64,000 nt of DNA from Fimicolochytrium jonesii (Eukaryota), in the NCBI RefSeq assembly GCF_025526975.1, contig NW_026515687.1:310001-374000 (forward strand), written 5' to 3'. Below, piece after piece: positions 1 through 12,890 of this stretch (position 1 is its first letter; each line of letters starts with the position of its first letter). Both the position numbers and the translations under genes were made by a program. The notes under the pieces are model-generated. The model made no database searches and had not been told where the DNA came from. It was given only the letters and a program-made list of their open reading frames with translations.

Positions 1-3000
1 AGCATCTGTTCATGGCCAGTCACGTTCGGCAGAGAGACGGTTGCGAGCTTCTCGGACAGATATGCGGCAGCTTCGTCGGGGAATTCACCAACTTTCGGTT
101 CCTTGCTAACAAAACAGAGGTTACGATTGTGCAATGATGTACCTTCCCGTGTTGTGATAGAACGCGATACTTACTGGCCGCCGTCCTCATCAAATCCAAA
201 AAGGGAGTCGTAGTCTCGCTCTCTGCGGTTGTCTGGCTGTGGAGCAAGGTCGGGCGTTGGACAGTCAGAAGAGAAGTGCGATACCGTGAAACAGTGGAGG
301 GCAACTCACGTCTTCTTCAGCAAAGAACTTCCACAGCGGCATGGGCGTCTCGGTTATGGCTTTGCCAGTCTCGCTCATCAACTTGACGAAATGATATAGG
401 AGCGACAAACTATATCGGACGAAATCGAATTTCCCTGATGAAACAACGGTGATTAGCAGCCTACAACCGGAAAACTCCAGACGACCACTTCGCATCCCAT
501 CGTATACGTACCCCACAACAAATATTGCATCAGCAAATGTGGGTGATGATCCGGAAGCCTCCCATTCTTATCATCAACCACCGTAAATATATGGTCCAGC
601 CGTGTATCACTCGCATTCTCTTGCGCAATCAATCCCGCCTGCTCATCAGCCTGGATCCACTTATCATACACCCTTACTTGCAGCGTCGTAGCAACCATCA
701 AAGATCCATTCGGCAGCCATGACACCGCAGTGGTGGTCTCCTGCCATGAGAGATCGATCGAGCTGATGACTTCCCATACTATGGGATCCTCGGGGAAGAC
801 CAGACGACATTGGCTGTATATGGCAACACGGTTCGCGGTTCCGATGACGAGAAGGTGCTGGCCGTCTGAAGACATGAACCAATCCAGGGCGACGATTGGG
901 GTGGTGAGCTTGGTGGACCATTCTTTTTTCATCTCGAGGCCAGTGGCTTCGTTGCTCCAGATGGAAAGGTCGCTTCCACTTTCGAAACTGCTGACTATGG
1001 CCATTTTGCCGAATGCGTCCGTCTCGAACTTCGACACGTTCTCTGCGTCGATATCAAACTCCGCGACAACACGCCACGCGGCCTCATCCGCCACAGCAGG
1101 AACATCTCCATCGCCTGTATCCAAAAGCGATGCCAAACTCCCGTTGCCACAATGCCAGAACCGAACCCGCTTGTCAGAGGAGTACGTGAGAAATATGTGA
1201 GCTCCCAATGGCGAATGAGGGTAGAAACTCAAGCTCAGATCGTCCGTCGGTAGGGTGAGAAATATATCTGACGGTTGGAGACCCGTAGAGGCGTTCAACT
1301 CGCTGCTGTGAATGAGTGACGTGAATTGCAATGTGTTTCCTGGATAGCAGTGTTAATTGCATGTCCATTGCGTATGCATTGCTTTCACTGACATACGTTC
1401 GAACCGTAGAGACCATGTTTGAATCTGCCCCGTCCGCTTGGCAATCCCAACCAGGAAGACGTTAGCGGCATCGCTCTGCCCGGCGTCCGAATCACCTGCT
1501 TTTGCATCAGCATCCACATATGCGTGGACATATGCAAGTGGTTCTGAGAGCTCCTTTGACGGTAGGTCGCCCAGAGATTGCGCTTTATTGCCTTCCAATG
1601 TGTATACAGTCAACTTCCCAACCTGTTGCAGGACGAAGAATAGACCTTGTGGAGAGCACCTGTGAGTTAGGGCGCTTTTGTTTTCAAACGCCGAGGAGTA
1701 CAACATACCATGTGGAAGCCAAACGACGGACGTAGAGTCTGCGTCCACGTTCTCCTCCGGAGGTATCGTTGCTATCGACGAAAGGCCGTCCGTAGTCCGA
1801 AGTCCCATCTGAAGCAATGTTTGAGTATTTGCCGAGCCTCGTTGGGTACTCGTTTGAGAACTGACCTGAGGAGCGCTACTCCTAAAGATCATAACTTCCG
1901 CATCTTTCGCTATCGTCGCGACATACGGAAGGCGGGGGTGCCGTATGACCTTGTGCACCGCTTTCCTGTGTCCATTCCAAGAATGGTAATGCGCCAAGCG
2001 AGGGACCATCCATGATGACGTGAAGAAATCGTCCAGGTCCATTATGTAGCTGTTCAGCGCTCCGTCCGATCTCTGAACGACGATTTGGAGCTCCGCGGGC
2101 TGGAAGATGGCTGTGCAAGGAATGTGAGTGAACTGATGGTATGAGCGTGGTGCAACCTCACTGCTCGACGTACTGGAAGGTTGTATGCTCCGGTCATGGA
2201 AGAAAACCAGGCTCTGCCCCTCAAAGTGCTGCACGTCTTCCACAGGAACGGCGTGCTCCGTCTTCATGATAACAAGCACTTTCGGGATTCTTCTCGGATG
2301 AGATGTGAGATTCTGGATACCCCATATCACTGCAGATCCATCGCTTTGTATGTGGAGAAGCACATCGGAGTAATCGCTCAACGCGCTCTTCAGCTTCTTT
2401 GTTTTAGAGACCGAGTTGCCCAGGAGCTCTGACGGAGTTCGCAGGAACCTTGCTTCGGCCTTCTCCCGCTTGGCGATCGCCTGATGTATCTCTGCTCCGT
2501 GAAGCCAATGAACGCTGCAGATGTGTGGCTCTTTTACCGTCGATATGGCCTCAGTCAATGGGAAGTCGCTCGGATCAATGACCGCTCCAAGCTGGAATTG
2601 GTACGGGTACTCCAAGCGGCTCAGGCACCATAGCCGGGTGACGTTGTCTTTGGATAGCGTCATCAAGACATTCTCGTCTTTGTTTCTGGATGAGTAGTGT
2701 CAGACAAAAGTGCAGCCAATGACAGGACAGCTCGCTTACCTACCCTGACTTCAGCTGCGGCCGTCGCCATACGAAAAGCACAACGGGACTTGGATGATCC
2801 AAGTACGAGAAATCGTATGCTCTCGTGGACCCAGGTATGTCAACTACAGGATGGAATCAGCCATGACGCGGCGTCACTAATGCTTGCACGCTGACTTACC
2901 AGAAGAAATCGGACACCACACTTTGACGAGGGAGTCATTCTGTGAAGCAGATCAGCAACTCAACATGAGTCAAGCCGAGTAAGGCCGGTAACAGCATCCA

Positions 3001-3854
3001 GCACGTACTTCACTGGTGGTCGCAAAGAAGAAGCCGTCGGGAGAGAACCTGGCTTTGCAAGTCTCCGTTGCGGTTCTGACGCACGAGCGTTAGCATGCCC
3101 CGTGCAAGCCACGAGGGCTGTCGCTAAGCAACTACCTGCATTCCCACGCCTTGGTCCATGGTGCTGGTTCTTCTCCTCCTCCTGCCCCGCCTTCCCTCCA
3201 GATCGTCAAAGAATCACCGCCCACAAGCAATTGGCCTGCCAACAAGGGGAAGAGAACCAGTTCAATCAAAGACCCAGATGCTGGCTCGCAGTTGGGTATG
3301 AGAAACCAGAACCCAACCTTGCGCACTCCATGAAATCGCCCGGACCTCAAACTCTAATCCGAGCGTCGTTTGTAGTAGCCAGTGGCACTGTCAAACAGCA
3401 GGTTGAGTCGACCGCTGCCCTCCCATTTCCCACATCTCGGCAGCCCACCTTCAGATCTTTCGTAGTCGGGAAGAATATCACCACTTCGTTCCCAAAGGCC
3501 GCCGCAATCTTCCCACCCAAAATACGCGTCAGACCATGTCATCTTCGTCACTGCGATACCAATGGCATTGACTTACACGACCATCGGGGCCAAAGTCAAT
3601 CGTCCACGCTATCGCTCCACCACCCGAAGGACTCGATAGTGTCTGTACATATTCCTTCTCGGCTGTATATATGACGAAGCTTTCCCCGCTGCCATACGCC
3701 TGGGAATTTGGGAAAAGCTTCAGAAATTGTAGAGAAATGCATGACATTTGCGATTTGCTCATACCACATATCGCTCCCCATCGACGCACCCAGTCGCGAG
3801 GTCGGTGAGGGTAGCGTTTGACTTTGCGCCCACGACCTGTTGCAATAGCTGCAT
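1..3854 (-). CDS. RAV1: RAVE complex subunit Rav1 / rabconnectin-3 (DMXL-like) WD40 protein; multi-exon, 3' end lies beyond the window start
   Basis: Spliced N-terminus MQLLQQVVGAKSNATLTDLATGCVDGERYV|AYGSGESF resembles the DMXL/Rav1 N-terminus. WD40-like exons include 'MTLSKDNVTRLW' and 'WNGHRKAVHKVIRHP'. The Rav1p_C-type segment is 'LPDHHPHLLMQYLLWG'. Confidence 0.85.
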
Positions 3855-4059
3855 CTTGCGTTGCGATCTTGAGCGGTTTTACGGGAAGCGTTTGATGTGA
3901 CATTTGGGGAGTTGATTAGACTTCGCGTGCAAGGTGGCGCAGTCCTCGCATTGGGCATCAACCCGTCGCACGCAGCGTCGCAAGTGGAACCTCGAAATTC
4001 GCACAATTCCGACCCCCGAAACACCGACTACTACAACACCACCCAACCCAATACTCATA

Positions 4060-4366
4060 ATGGACTTTGGAAACTCAGGAAGGGAAAGCCTGGCCCCAGC
4101 AAAGTCGAGCTCTAGCTCAGCCGTTGTCAGGTGAGTTTTAGGGATCTACTCTTTCGGTGAAAGTGTTCCCTCAGACGGTTTGTGCTCACATTTCCATGTC
4201 CACAGGGAACTGAGCAACCCAGGCAACCTGAAAGTCCTCTTCCACGCTGGAGTGTAAGTGTGCGGTTTGGCCACTCTATCTTCCAATTGGTCTGATACTT
4301 TCTGTTATCAGGTTCTCCGCGGCCGTGTGGCTTTTCTCTCAAGCGGGTGATTTACTGGCGATGTAA
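4060..4366 (+). CDS. TOM6: Small 3-exon gene, Tom6-like mitochondrial outer-membrane translocase subunit (57 aa)
   Basis: Joining exons over two GT..AG introns (donors gtgagt and gtaagt) gives MDFGNSGRESLAPAKSSSSSAVVRELSNPGNLKVLFHAGVFSAAVWLFSQAGDLLAM*. Size, the single C-terminal TM helix and the 'GDLL' ending match fungal Tom6. Divergent from RAV1 across about 205 bp. Confidence 0.65.
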
Positions 4367-4855
4367 AACAGCGAACTATCCTCGGAAATCATTATGCATA
4401 GCTGCCAGTCGTGAGAGGATCATAGAGGAGGGATGCTGCTGCGGAAGAGAGCTGGAGAACCGATTGCGGCAACGGCATCACCGATAGGACGATAGGAGGA
4501 GGAAGCTGTTTCCGAGAACTGGGGAACGTAGCGGCAGCTCCCCATCTATTTCCCGTCGCCATCCGCCGGGCTGTCCACTGAGGACTCTTCCGAATTTTGT
4601 ACATAAAGGGTTCACAAACATCCGATCAATCACATTACGAGACTGCCAAGCTGCCTATACAATGTGCACCCGGTTACTTGGTGCTCGGTCGGTCCGAAAC
4701 GGCAGATTGCACCTTTCCTAGACATGAGCAAGTGAGATTCCATTGCGACGAGTTGCAGATCGACCTGCAGCAAGCGAGGGCTGACAGATACATACGGGGC
4801 ACGAACTTCAATGATGCCCTGCTAATGTCGAATGTATATAAAAGCAAGAGAACTT

Positions 4856-6492
4856 TCATCTCTTGAAATACTGATCCAACGTATTCCTCTGCGTCACCTT
4901 CTTCCCCCCCTTCACCCCACCCCCCTCCTTCTTCACCCCCAACTCCATCGCCTCCTTCAACAACCCCCACGCCTCCATCGAAACAACCCCACCCGTGGCC
5001 TCCTTATGTCCCCTTGCATAATCATCACCAAGCTTTTCTCGCAACCCATCAACCTTAGCTGCCAGCTCACTCAGCAGTGTGATGAGGTCCGGTTCGGGTA
5101 GTGTGATTTGAGACTTCCGACTTCGCGGGATGCGGCAGGCGAAATGGACGCGGTGGGGGTTGTAACCCGTGTTGGCGACTACGAGGGCTTCCAGGTTGGT
5201 GGCCTTCAGATACCCAGACTGTCATGTTGTGCGTCAGCGACGAGCAATAACGCACATATTGAGGACAGTCAGTTCGTTACTTACCCAACGGGTAGCAATC
5301 AACGGGTGAATCTGGGCCGGTGAGCTGATTTCAAAGACGGCGAAGCGCCCGTCGCTGGAGAACTTGGGTGGGGTCCTGGCCCATTTCTGGGTTTCGGCGG
5401 CGACCTCGGCTTTGGCTTCTCGCAGCCGTTTGAAGGATGGGTTGGAGGGTGACACCACGTCTGCTGCTGTGTTTGACGCCAACAATGCCTGCGTATTGGA
5501 ATGTCAGCGGCTGGTACAGTACACTTTTCGAGATGAAATTAGGCACGGCTCATCTCACCTGCCACGCAGTCCTCACATCATTCTCCGCAGTCCTCCTCGC
5601 TAAATCCAACCCCCAAAACCCCGTCAACCCACTGTAATACACCCCACGCACACACCCCCCAACACCCCCCAACCGTACCTACGAGCATTCAACAACCCCA
5701 CCGCCTCCCCCATCTTGCTCTTCCCCACCCCCTTCGTCGCCCACGACAGATCCGGAAACGGCGGCGTCCACGCAACCCCCGTGCCCAGATCGCCCATCGT
5801 GCCCAACACCGCCAGCCACGCGCATGTCTCAGGGACGCGTTGGTGGAGCGGCTCGCAGATGAGGTAGGCGAGGAGGGCGGAGGTGGCGACGGGGGGGTAG
5901 TGGCTTGCGTTCACTACCTGTTTTCCCAAACAGACTGTCAGGCATCCCCTGTACATATGTATCGCCCATTTCGAAACGTAATGATATACAGTACCTCCGC
6001 CTTCGAAGGAAACTCCGCACTCCAGTGATGATCCACCACTAGGACCTCCGCACCCCGCACAACCTCCCCCGCCCCCCGACTCCCCTGATCCACAACAATC
6101 ACCCTCCTGGCTCCATACCCCTCCAATATCTCCCGCTCGCCCTCCGCGTGGATCGACGTGCCCTTTGTGACGAAATGGGTCGTGATGGAGCTGGGCGGGA
6201 CGCCGAGGAGGCGGAGGGTGCGGTGGAAGATCAGGCCGCCGGTGAGGCCGTCGGCGTCGCGGTCGGGGAGGAGGAGGATGGGGGAGGTTGGGTTGGTTGC
6301 GCTGGGAGGGGGTTGGTGGGTCGAAGGGTAAGAGCTAGAGATGTGGTGGGAGATGAAAGATATAGTACTGTACCATCTCCGCACGAACTCCCGGGCCTTT
6401 TCCATAGCGGTCTCGTCACAGGGCCAGGCATGCTGCCGCTTTGCCCCGAAATCTTCTAGGAGCGGTGAGGGTGATCTGTCCCGTTTGCCCAT
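4856..6492 (-). CDS. RecJ-like DHH/DHHA1 phosphoesterase, multi-exon
   Basis: Motifs 'PDRDADGL', 'VVDQG', 'VVDHH', 'LGTMGD' and DHHA1-type 'ARGHKEATGG'. Start MGKRDRSPSP, end QRNTLDQYFKR*. Confidence 0.85.
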
Positions 6493-7098
6493 AGCTGTCA
6501 AATGAACACGGCGAACGGAACCAGGTTTGGAGCTTTCAGTGAGTATCGATATGTGGATGAATTGTTGATGGAATCTCGTTCTGCAAAGCGGCATACTTCA
6601 GCTATCGCGGCCCGTCCAAAAGGTGGTAAGGCTACCCCGCACCTCTTATCCAGCGGAACTTCCGGGCAAGCGGAAAAAGGCCGGTTCCGCGCTGTCAAAT
6701 TCGTCGACCGACATCATAATGACGGTGCCGGCAGCCGTCGCCGTCTACCTCTCCCTTACGGCGGCCCAACTTCCCAAAGCGCCTCTCCCCAAATGCGACG
6801 TTTACTCAGTCAGAGATACATATGACCGCAATCGCACACGTACTCGAATACTGCCGCCCTACATATGCCGTGGGGACTTCCAGTATGGTGATACCATCCG
6901 ACATCTACAGCCCCACCCTACTACAAAGTTGATGGTTATATACTATGTTATTCGAATTTACATTATTACGAATGAGTCTAGCCACGTTCATCCCTGACGG
7001 AGATGCCCCTCATGTGTATATGAAAGCATCCCACGCATCGTCAAAAGCCCCGTCCGACCCCCACTCCATAGTTCCACATCTCCTCTCCACCCCCACCC

Positions 7099-9054
7099 CT
7101 ACCGAATCGCCAACCTCCTATAAGCGTCCACCAGCTCATCCTCCTTCTCCTTCCCCTTCGCCTCCCCCCTCGACCCCGCACACTTGCCCTTCCCCCTCCT
7201 CTCCCACACCTTCCAAAACTTCAGATTCTCATCACTGGCCCCCGTGGCGACCGTCTGTCCATCCGGACTCAATGCCGTATGCAGCACCCTACTCTCATGG
7301 CCCTCCAAATCCCCGATCTTGGTCAAGGAAGGGTACTTCCAGATGGAGAGGTGGTGGTTGGGGAACCCGTGCGCGGTGAAGAATTCTTTGTATTCGGTGG
7401 ACCAGATGATGGAGGTGACTTGGGAGCCGGTTTCGACGGACGCGAGCTTGCCGGCGGTCGCGACGTTCCAGAAGTGCACCGTGCGGTCGTGCGAGCCCCC
7501 GCCCGTGGCGAGGGTGTTGAGTTGCCAGGGACACCAGGCTAGAGCCTAAGGGGGAGATATGCAAGTCAGGGTCAAACTATGGGGGGGAAACGAGCGCGCA
7601 GCCAGGCACGAAAGAGCATACTTTGACAGCAGCGGTATGATCCTGCTTGGTGAATTTGGGCAAACTCGACCTCGCATCCCAAATCACCACCTGGTTGTCA
7701 TTCCCCCCGCTCGCCAAAAACATCCCATCCGGCCTCCACTTCAACCCACACACGTCCGACTCGTGCGCCATCAGCTGCGCGGTCCGGTGGTTCGCCTGCC
7801 GCACGTCATGGTTCCATATACTCCCGTCCCTCGCTCCGGAGGATAACACGTTCTTGTCCCACGAGAGCACGCCGACCCGGGACGCGCGCCCGCGCATCGT
7901 GCGCATCTTCTTCATGCTCTCGAGCGACCAGATCTCGATCTCGCCTTCGCTGAGCCCGACGGCGAGGTGGCTGCCGTCGGGGGCCCATTGGAGAGAGGAG
8001 ATGTAGGTGTCTTGGCGGGAGGATTGGCGGAGCGGGGACGCGACCCCCGTGGTGCCGTTCCAGAGGTAGACGGTGTTTTCGAGGGCGATGGCGAGCATGT
8101 TGGTTGTTGACCAGTCGAGCAGGTTCAGGTAGTAATCGTCCAGCAGGCCGGGGGCATCGAGCACCTTCTCTGGCTCCGTTTTGACGCGGCGTTTTGCAGC
8201 AGTTGAGTTGGGGTTCCGCAAGGGTCGGTTCCAGGATGTTTTGATCTCGTGCCGTGACGCGGCGGGCGGTTCGGCGTTGAAGGCCAGGATGCGCTTGTCG
8301 AGGGCTACTCCGCAGGCTTTGGCGACTTGTTCTTGGTAGGCGAGTGCTTCGGGGTCCATGATTTTGAGTTTGTGACGGTCGGTTTTGTCGCGCAGGTTGA
8401 ATTGAGAGGAAGCCTTGTCGATCGCGTCTTCGCTTGGTACAAATCGGTCGTACTAGTAAAAGTTGAAAGTGATGTGAGGTCGGGAGCGATTCGAAGCGAA
8501 GCAATGGATGGTTGGCGGGGACTAGCAAATGGCCTTTTGCGCAACAGAGCTCGCTCAGCTCGCCGCCCGCTTCACCCAACGACTCTGGCGCCCAATCTCG
8601 CTCTCCCGCTCGCAAATCTACTCACCAGTCTTTCCTTCACCCTGCCACGTTTCCCGCCACCACCGGGACTAATCCCGGCAACCCCAAGCCTACTCTTCAG
8701 AAACGCGTCTGCATTCCGACTGCTAATGATATTGGCTCGTGGTGAAGACACAGAAGACGTTCCAGCAGTCTTACGCGGCGACCTTCCATGCGTAGACGGC
8801 GCAGGCGACAACGGTTGTCCAGCAGCACTAGCGTTCGTCGCAGAAGAAGAAGCGGTCGAGACAGTTCTTCTAGGAGTTCTGACGTGGTGAGGGTGGATCC
8901 TGTCAGTGCGTTGCTGTGAACGCGTGGGTGTGCCAGTGCCAGTGATTCTGCCTCCTGTTGAGCGCTTGCTGCGAGGAGTGCCTAGTGCGCGGGCCATTTG
9001 CGGGGTTCCGGGGAAGCGCCCATCCTGGAGGTCGCGGACTGATATGCCCTGCAT
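7099..9054 (-). CDS. CDC20: APC/C activator Cdc20/Fizzy/Slp1 (WD40)
   Basis: C-box YDRFVP after splicing, KRILAF motif, 'VLDAPGLLDDYYLNLLDWS', WD repeats and C-terminal IR tail (RRLAIR*). The start codon is inferred. Confidence 0.92.
8453..8625 (-). repeat. CDC20 intron (173 nt) carrying a copy of the GCGAGCG-N-AGCGAGC intronic repeat
   Basis: The sense strand reads gcgagcgggagagcgag...gcgggcggcgagctgagcgagctctgttgcgc. The motif is shared with the DSC2, FEN1 and TF introns. Confidence 0.6.
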
Positions 9055-9527
9055 GACTGCTACGATCAGTGGGTGGGTTGGACGCTGTTCGTGGAATGTG
9101 GTCGAGAGGGTGCGAGAATGTATTTGTAACGCGGCGGAGGGGGGCAAGATGGGGTGCAAGATCGTGGAGTGTTCGGACACTGTGCTGCGAAGAGACGTGA
9201 GCGACCGGGAGAGGGCACGAACGAACGGGAGCAAGAGTTGCAGGACAACAGCTCTGAGAAGGCAGCGACACTCACCTTCTGAATTGAGTGAGATATGAAA
9301 ACAGGGGGTGTTTGCGAGGGTGGGTGTTTTGTCTGGAAGGGATAAGTTGAGAAGAAAGGGTGTCCGACGGGGAGAGCGAGGGGGGGCATGTGAGAGCGCG
9401 CAACTGGAGAACACGCGCAGGCGGCCCTTTGACAAGCGACGCTAAGAGTAGTGCAAAGGCCATGACACTCCTCAACACCGCAACTTCACCCCCTGTGCAG
9501 CAGCTTCCTAGGGTCTAATCAACGGAC

Positions 9528-9558
9528 TTGTTTACTAGATCTAGACTGTCGTAAACAA
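9528..9558. promoter_or_regulatory. Inverted pair of forkhead consensus sites in the CDC20/DSC2 divergent promoter
   Basis: TTGTTTAC at 9528-9535 and GTAAACAA at 9551-9558. Confidence 0.45.
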
Positions 9559-9570
9559 CATACAGGCGCC

Positions 9571-10899
9571 ATGTCGGTGACCAGAGGAACAGGCGGCTTC
9601 CGTAAGTTGTCTGCCTGCACCTTCACTTACACGCCGTCTCACACTTGCTCACATTCGGCATCCGCATCCCGCATGCAGGCAACGCACCAGTCTCCAAAGC
9701 CATCTTATTATGCCTCGGTCTAAACACTTTCGCTGCAACTGCTCTGGGCATCCGCCAGAACTGGGGTCAATTCTCCATCCTAAAGTCACCCCAACTTTTC
9801 CTGGTAAGACCGCCTCTTCACTGTAATTTCACACCGTACGCTCTGAGCTAACCCTCGCTCCGTCTTATCTCCAGATAGAACGCCTGATAGCCTCCAACTT
9901 CTTCTTCAGCTCAACCTCCGACCTCCTCCTCGGCTCCTGCATTCTCTACTCATCACGACACCTGGAACGGAGATGGTCAGGGAGGAAATATGTATCTTTC
10001 GCTTTCATCACATCCGTCATATCCACCATCCTCAACTTTGCCGCCCTCAAGTTCGCGAGTCTGCTCGGATGGCGATCGGTGGCGGCGGCGAATAGGGTGC
10101 CTATAGGGCCTTATGGACTGATCTTTGCGGCGCTCTATCAGTTTAGTCAGTCTATACCGGACGCACATGGCTTCAAAGTACTTGGGCAGGGATGGAGCGA
10201 TCATGTTTTGTTGTACTTCCTGGGGTCTCAGGTAGGTTTCTGAGAGCGGCGAGCGGGGCGAGCGGGGCGAACGGAGCGAGCCCACGCGAACACCAAGCAA
10301 AGCGAGCTTGGCGCCCGGGTTCCTCGCTACCGACAGCGAGCGTGCGCGGTTTTGGGGGAGCGAAGCGAACTCCGGCATCGGCGAGCCAAAACGAACATTC
10401 GCGCTTTTTGACACCAAAGTTAGTGTGCTAACCAGATGCCCCCACACAGGTTCTCCTAGGCCAACAATACCCCCACTCCCTCCTCAGCGGCCTCTGCGGC
10501 CTCATCGCAGGCGCCCTCTACTCCCAAAACGTCCTCGGCATCCAAAAATGGCGGTTCCCACCCATCCTCCAACGCGCCGCCTCCGCCCTCCTCCTCCCCC
10601 TCCTTCGCTCCTCACCACCACGAAATCCACTAACGGGGACAACACTCGCAGACCAGGCGGATGAGATGAGCGAGCGATTTAGGACGACACGCGCTGTTGG
10701 CGGGATTGGGCGACAAGGGGGAATACCATCACCACGGCCGCGCCCGGCGTCGGCGTCACCCGTGGCGGTGGAACCACCATCGACGGAGGCGATTGCTACA
10801 TTGGAGGGGATGGGGTTCCCGAGGGAAAGGGTGTTGGAGGCATTGAGGATGAGTAGGAATGATGTGAATAGAGCTGCGGCGGCTTTATTGGATGCGTAG
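9571..10899 (+). CDS. DSC2: Dsc2/UBAC2-like rhomboid pseudoprotease with C-terminal UBA domain, multi-exon
   Basis: N-terminus MSVTRGTGGF..NAPVSKAILL, hydrophobic exons, and UBA 'EAIATLEGMGFPRERVLEALRMSRNDVNRAAAALL'. Confidence 0.8.
10232..10449 (+). repeat. DSC2 intron (218 nt) carrying the intronic repeat
   Basis: gagcggcgagcggggcgagcggggcgaacggagcgagcccac lies just after the donor gtaggt; gagcgaagcgaac follows later. Confidence 0.6.
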
Positions 10900-11435
10900 G
10901 TAGGGGGTGGGAAGGTCCATGCGCATCTTCTGAAACGGTGGACCTAGTCCAGTGGAAGACTTCCCTCGCGACAACCCGCCATCCGGCATGACTCATCGCA
11001 ACGCAACCACTCCTTCCACCCCCGAAACTTGGCTCCAGCGCACAGCAACGCAGTGAAGGTTGTGCGATCTTGTAGATATCTTTCGCGTACAGGCTGGACT
11101 ATTCACCGCCGTCGTTGTACATTTGGCTTGAATAGGTTATCACCTATAATGGATGAAGCTGTGGAGAACTGGATCAATGGGACTTTTTCAGAAGTGCTGA
11201 GAAGAATACGCAGTTTTTTTTTGGTCAACTTTACACTGAAACGACTACAACAGCTATGCTACACACCAACCCTTATTTTACATCCCAACACGCCCGAACG
11301 AGATTATACGCCACATCTTCACATTTCCCACCTCCACCGTTCCCACCACTCCGCGCAACCCATACCCGCCTTATCTTATAACCCCCCTCAAAAAGCCCCT
11401 CACTCCCGTACACCCGCCAACGCCTATTTCCATCC

Positions 11436-12292
11436 TCAAACCTCCCCCCTCCTCTCCAACCCCCTCCAATGCCCCCTAATCGTCTCCCCCGTAATCCCAA
11501 ACCGCTCATTGAACTTCTTGGCGACCGTCTGCCACGCGTGCCCGTGCTCGAGAACCAGCTGCTTGATGTAAGCGGTCTCGCTGTCGGACCAGGCGTGTTT
11601 GTGGTGTTGGGCGTGGCCGTGCCCGGGGATGGTTGAGGGGTTGGAGGGGGTTGAGGTAACGGAGGATTGGCGGGTCGGGCGCTGGATCCAGCGGGAGTGA
11701 GATGGATTAGCGGGGGCTTCTGGGGAAGTAAGACGGCCATACCTTTTTGGCCACTTTCTCATCCCCAGCCTCCTCCTCACTCTTCACATCCTCATCGCTC
11801 TGTCGACTCTGCGTTCCCCGGCCTCGCTTCTTGGTCTCCTTCACCTCACCCGTAGCCTTCCCCTTCCCATCGTGTGTCCCCGCACGCTGGCCCTCCTTCA
11901 CCTTCCCCGCACCCGCCTTCCCCCGAACAGTGGCCTTCCGACCCGGATGCCCTTTCGCGTGCTCGTGCTTTTCTTCCGCCTCCTCCTCCGCCTCGGCCTC
12001 GGCCTCCAACTTCTCGTCGAGGGCTTCGATGGCGGCGGGGAGGGTGAAGTCGGGGTCGGCTGGGATGTTGTCTAGGGGGGGTTATCAGAGGGGTGTGGTT
12101 AGAGTCGTGGGTTATTTGGGGAGGGCGAAGACGAGAACGGAGGGGGCCCGATGTACCGTCAACGTCGGCGTTCTCGCGGCCTTCTCCGACTTGGTCACCA
12201 CCGTCGCCGGGAGTGGCGTCTTGCGTGGGGCCGGTGGGTGAGGCCTCCTCGGCGGGGGCGTTGGTGGGCTTTTTGATGGTTTTGGATCGCAT
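11436..12292 (-). CDS. Hypothetical nuclear protein with C-terminal Myb/SANT-like domain, 3 exons
   Basis: Acidic/basic low-complexity N-terminus. The last exon encodes 'AWSDSETAYIKQLVLEHGHAWQTVAKKFNERFGITGETIRGHW' with Myb-type Trp spacing. Confidence 0.6.
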
Positions 12293-12890
12293 TCTGGGTG
12301 GTGTTTTGGATGGCGGTGTTGGGTCTGGGTGGTTAAACGACGGTCGGTTATGGGGTGGTGAGTAGGAATTTGGAATCGGTTTTTGTCTGATGCGGCTTGC
12401 AAGAAACGTTGGCTGAAACTTTATTCAGCGACTTCCTTCGAGCGGTGGTTTTTGGGGAAGGTTTCTGAACCATTTACATGAATTCGCCTCAGCCCACTGT
12501 CCGCGCCATTTCCGTGTGGGGAGGCCTCCCTCCCTCCACACCTCATGTCCGGCGTCTTTTCCCCGTGGTGGCGGATGAGCTGAAAGGTGTGGAGGTGTTG
12601 GCGTGGGATACAATGTGGTGGCGTCATTTCTGTTAGAACCCCGTAGACGGTAAAGGCCGAACGGAGGAGGTGGAATGGGAATTATGGGATTTGAAGAACG
12701 CGCTGTCGAATTCGGTTAATGCGGACTTGCTCTTAGTTGCAGCGACATGGAAAATATTCAAAACATGTGCGTTGGTGGGCAACGGTGGGAGCTCGGCCGC
12801 ACGAGGAGGCAAAGCACAGATGCGGGTTTAGAGGCACTCTACTTCGTAGTCCTTCCTCCCGCAACTTGCGTTCCTTCTCCATATACATAG

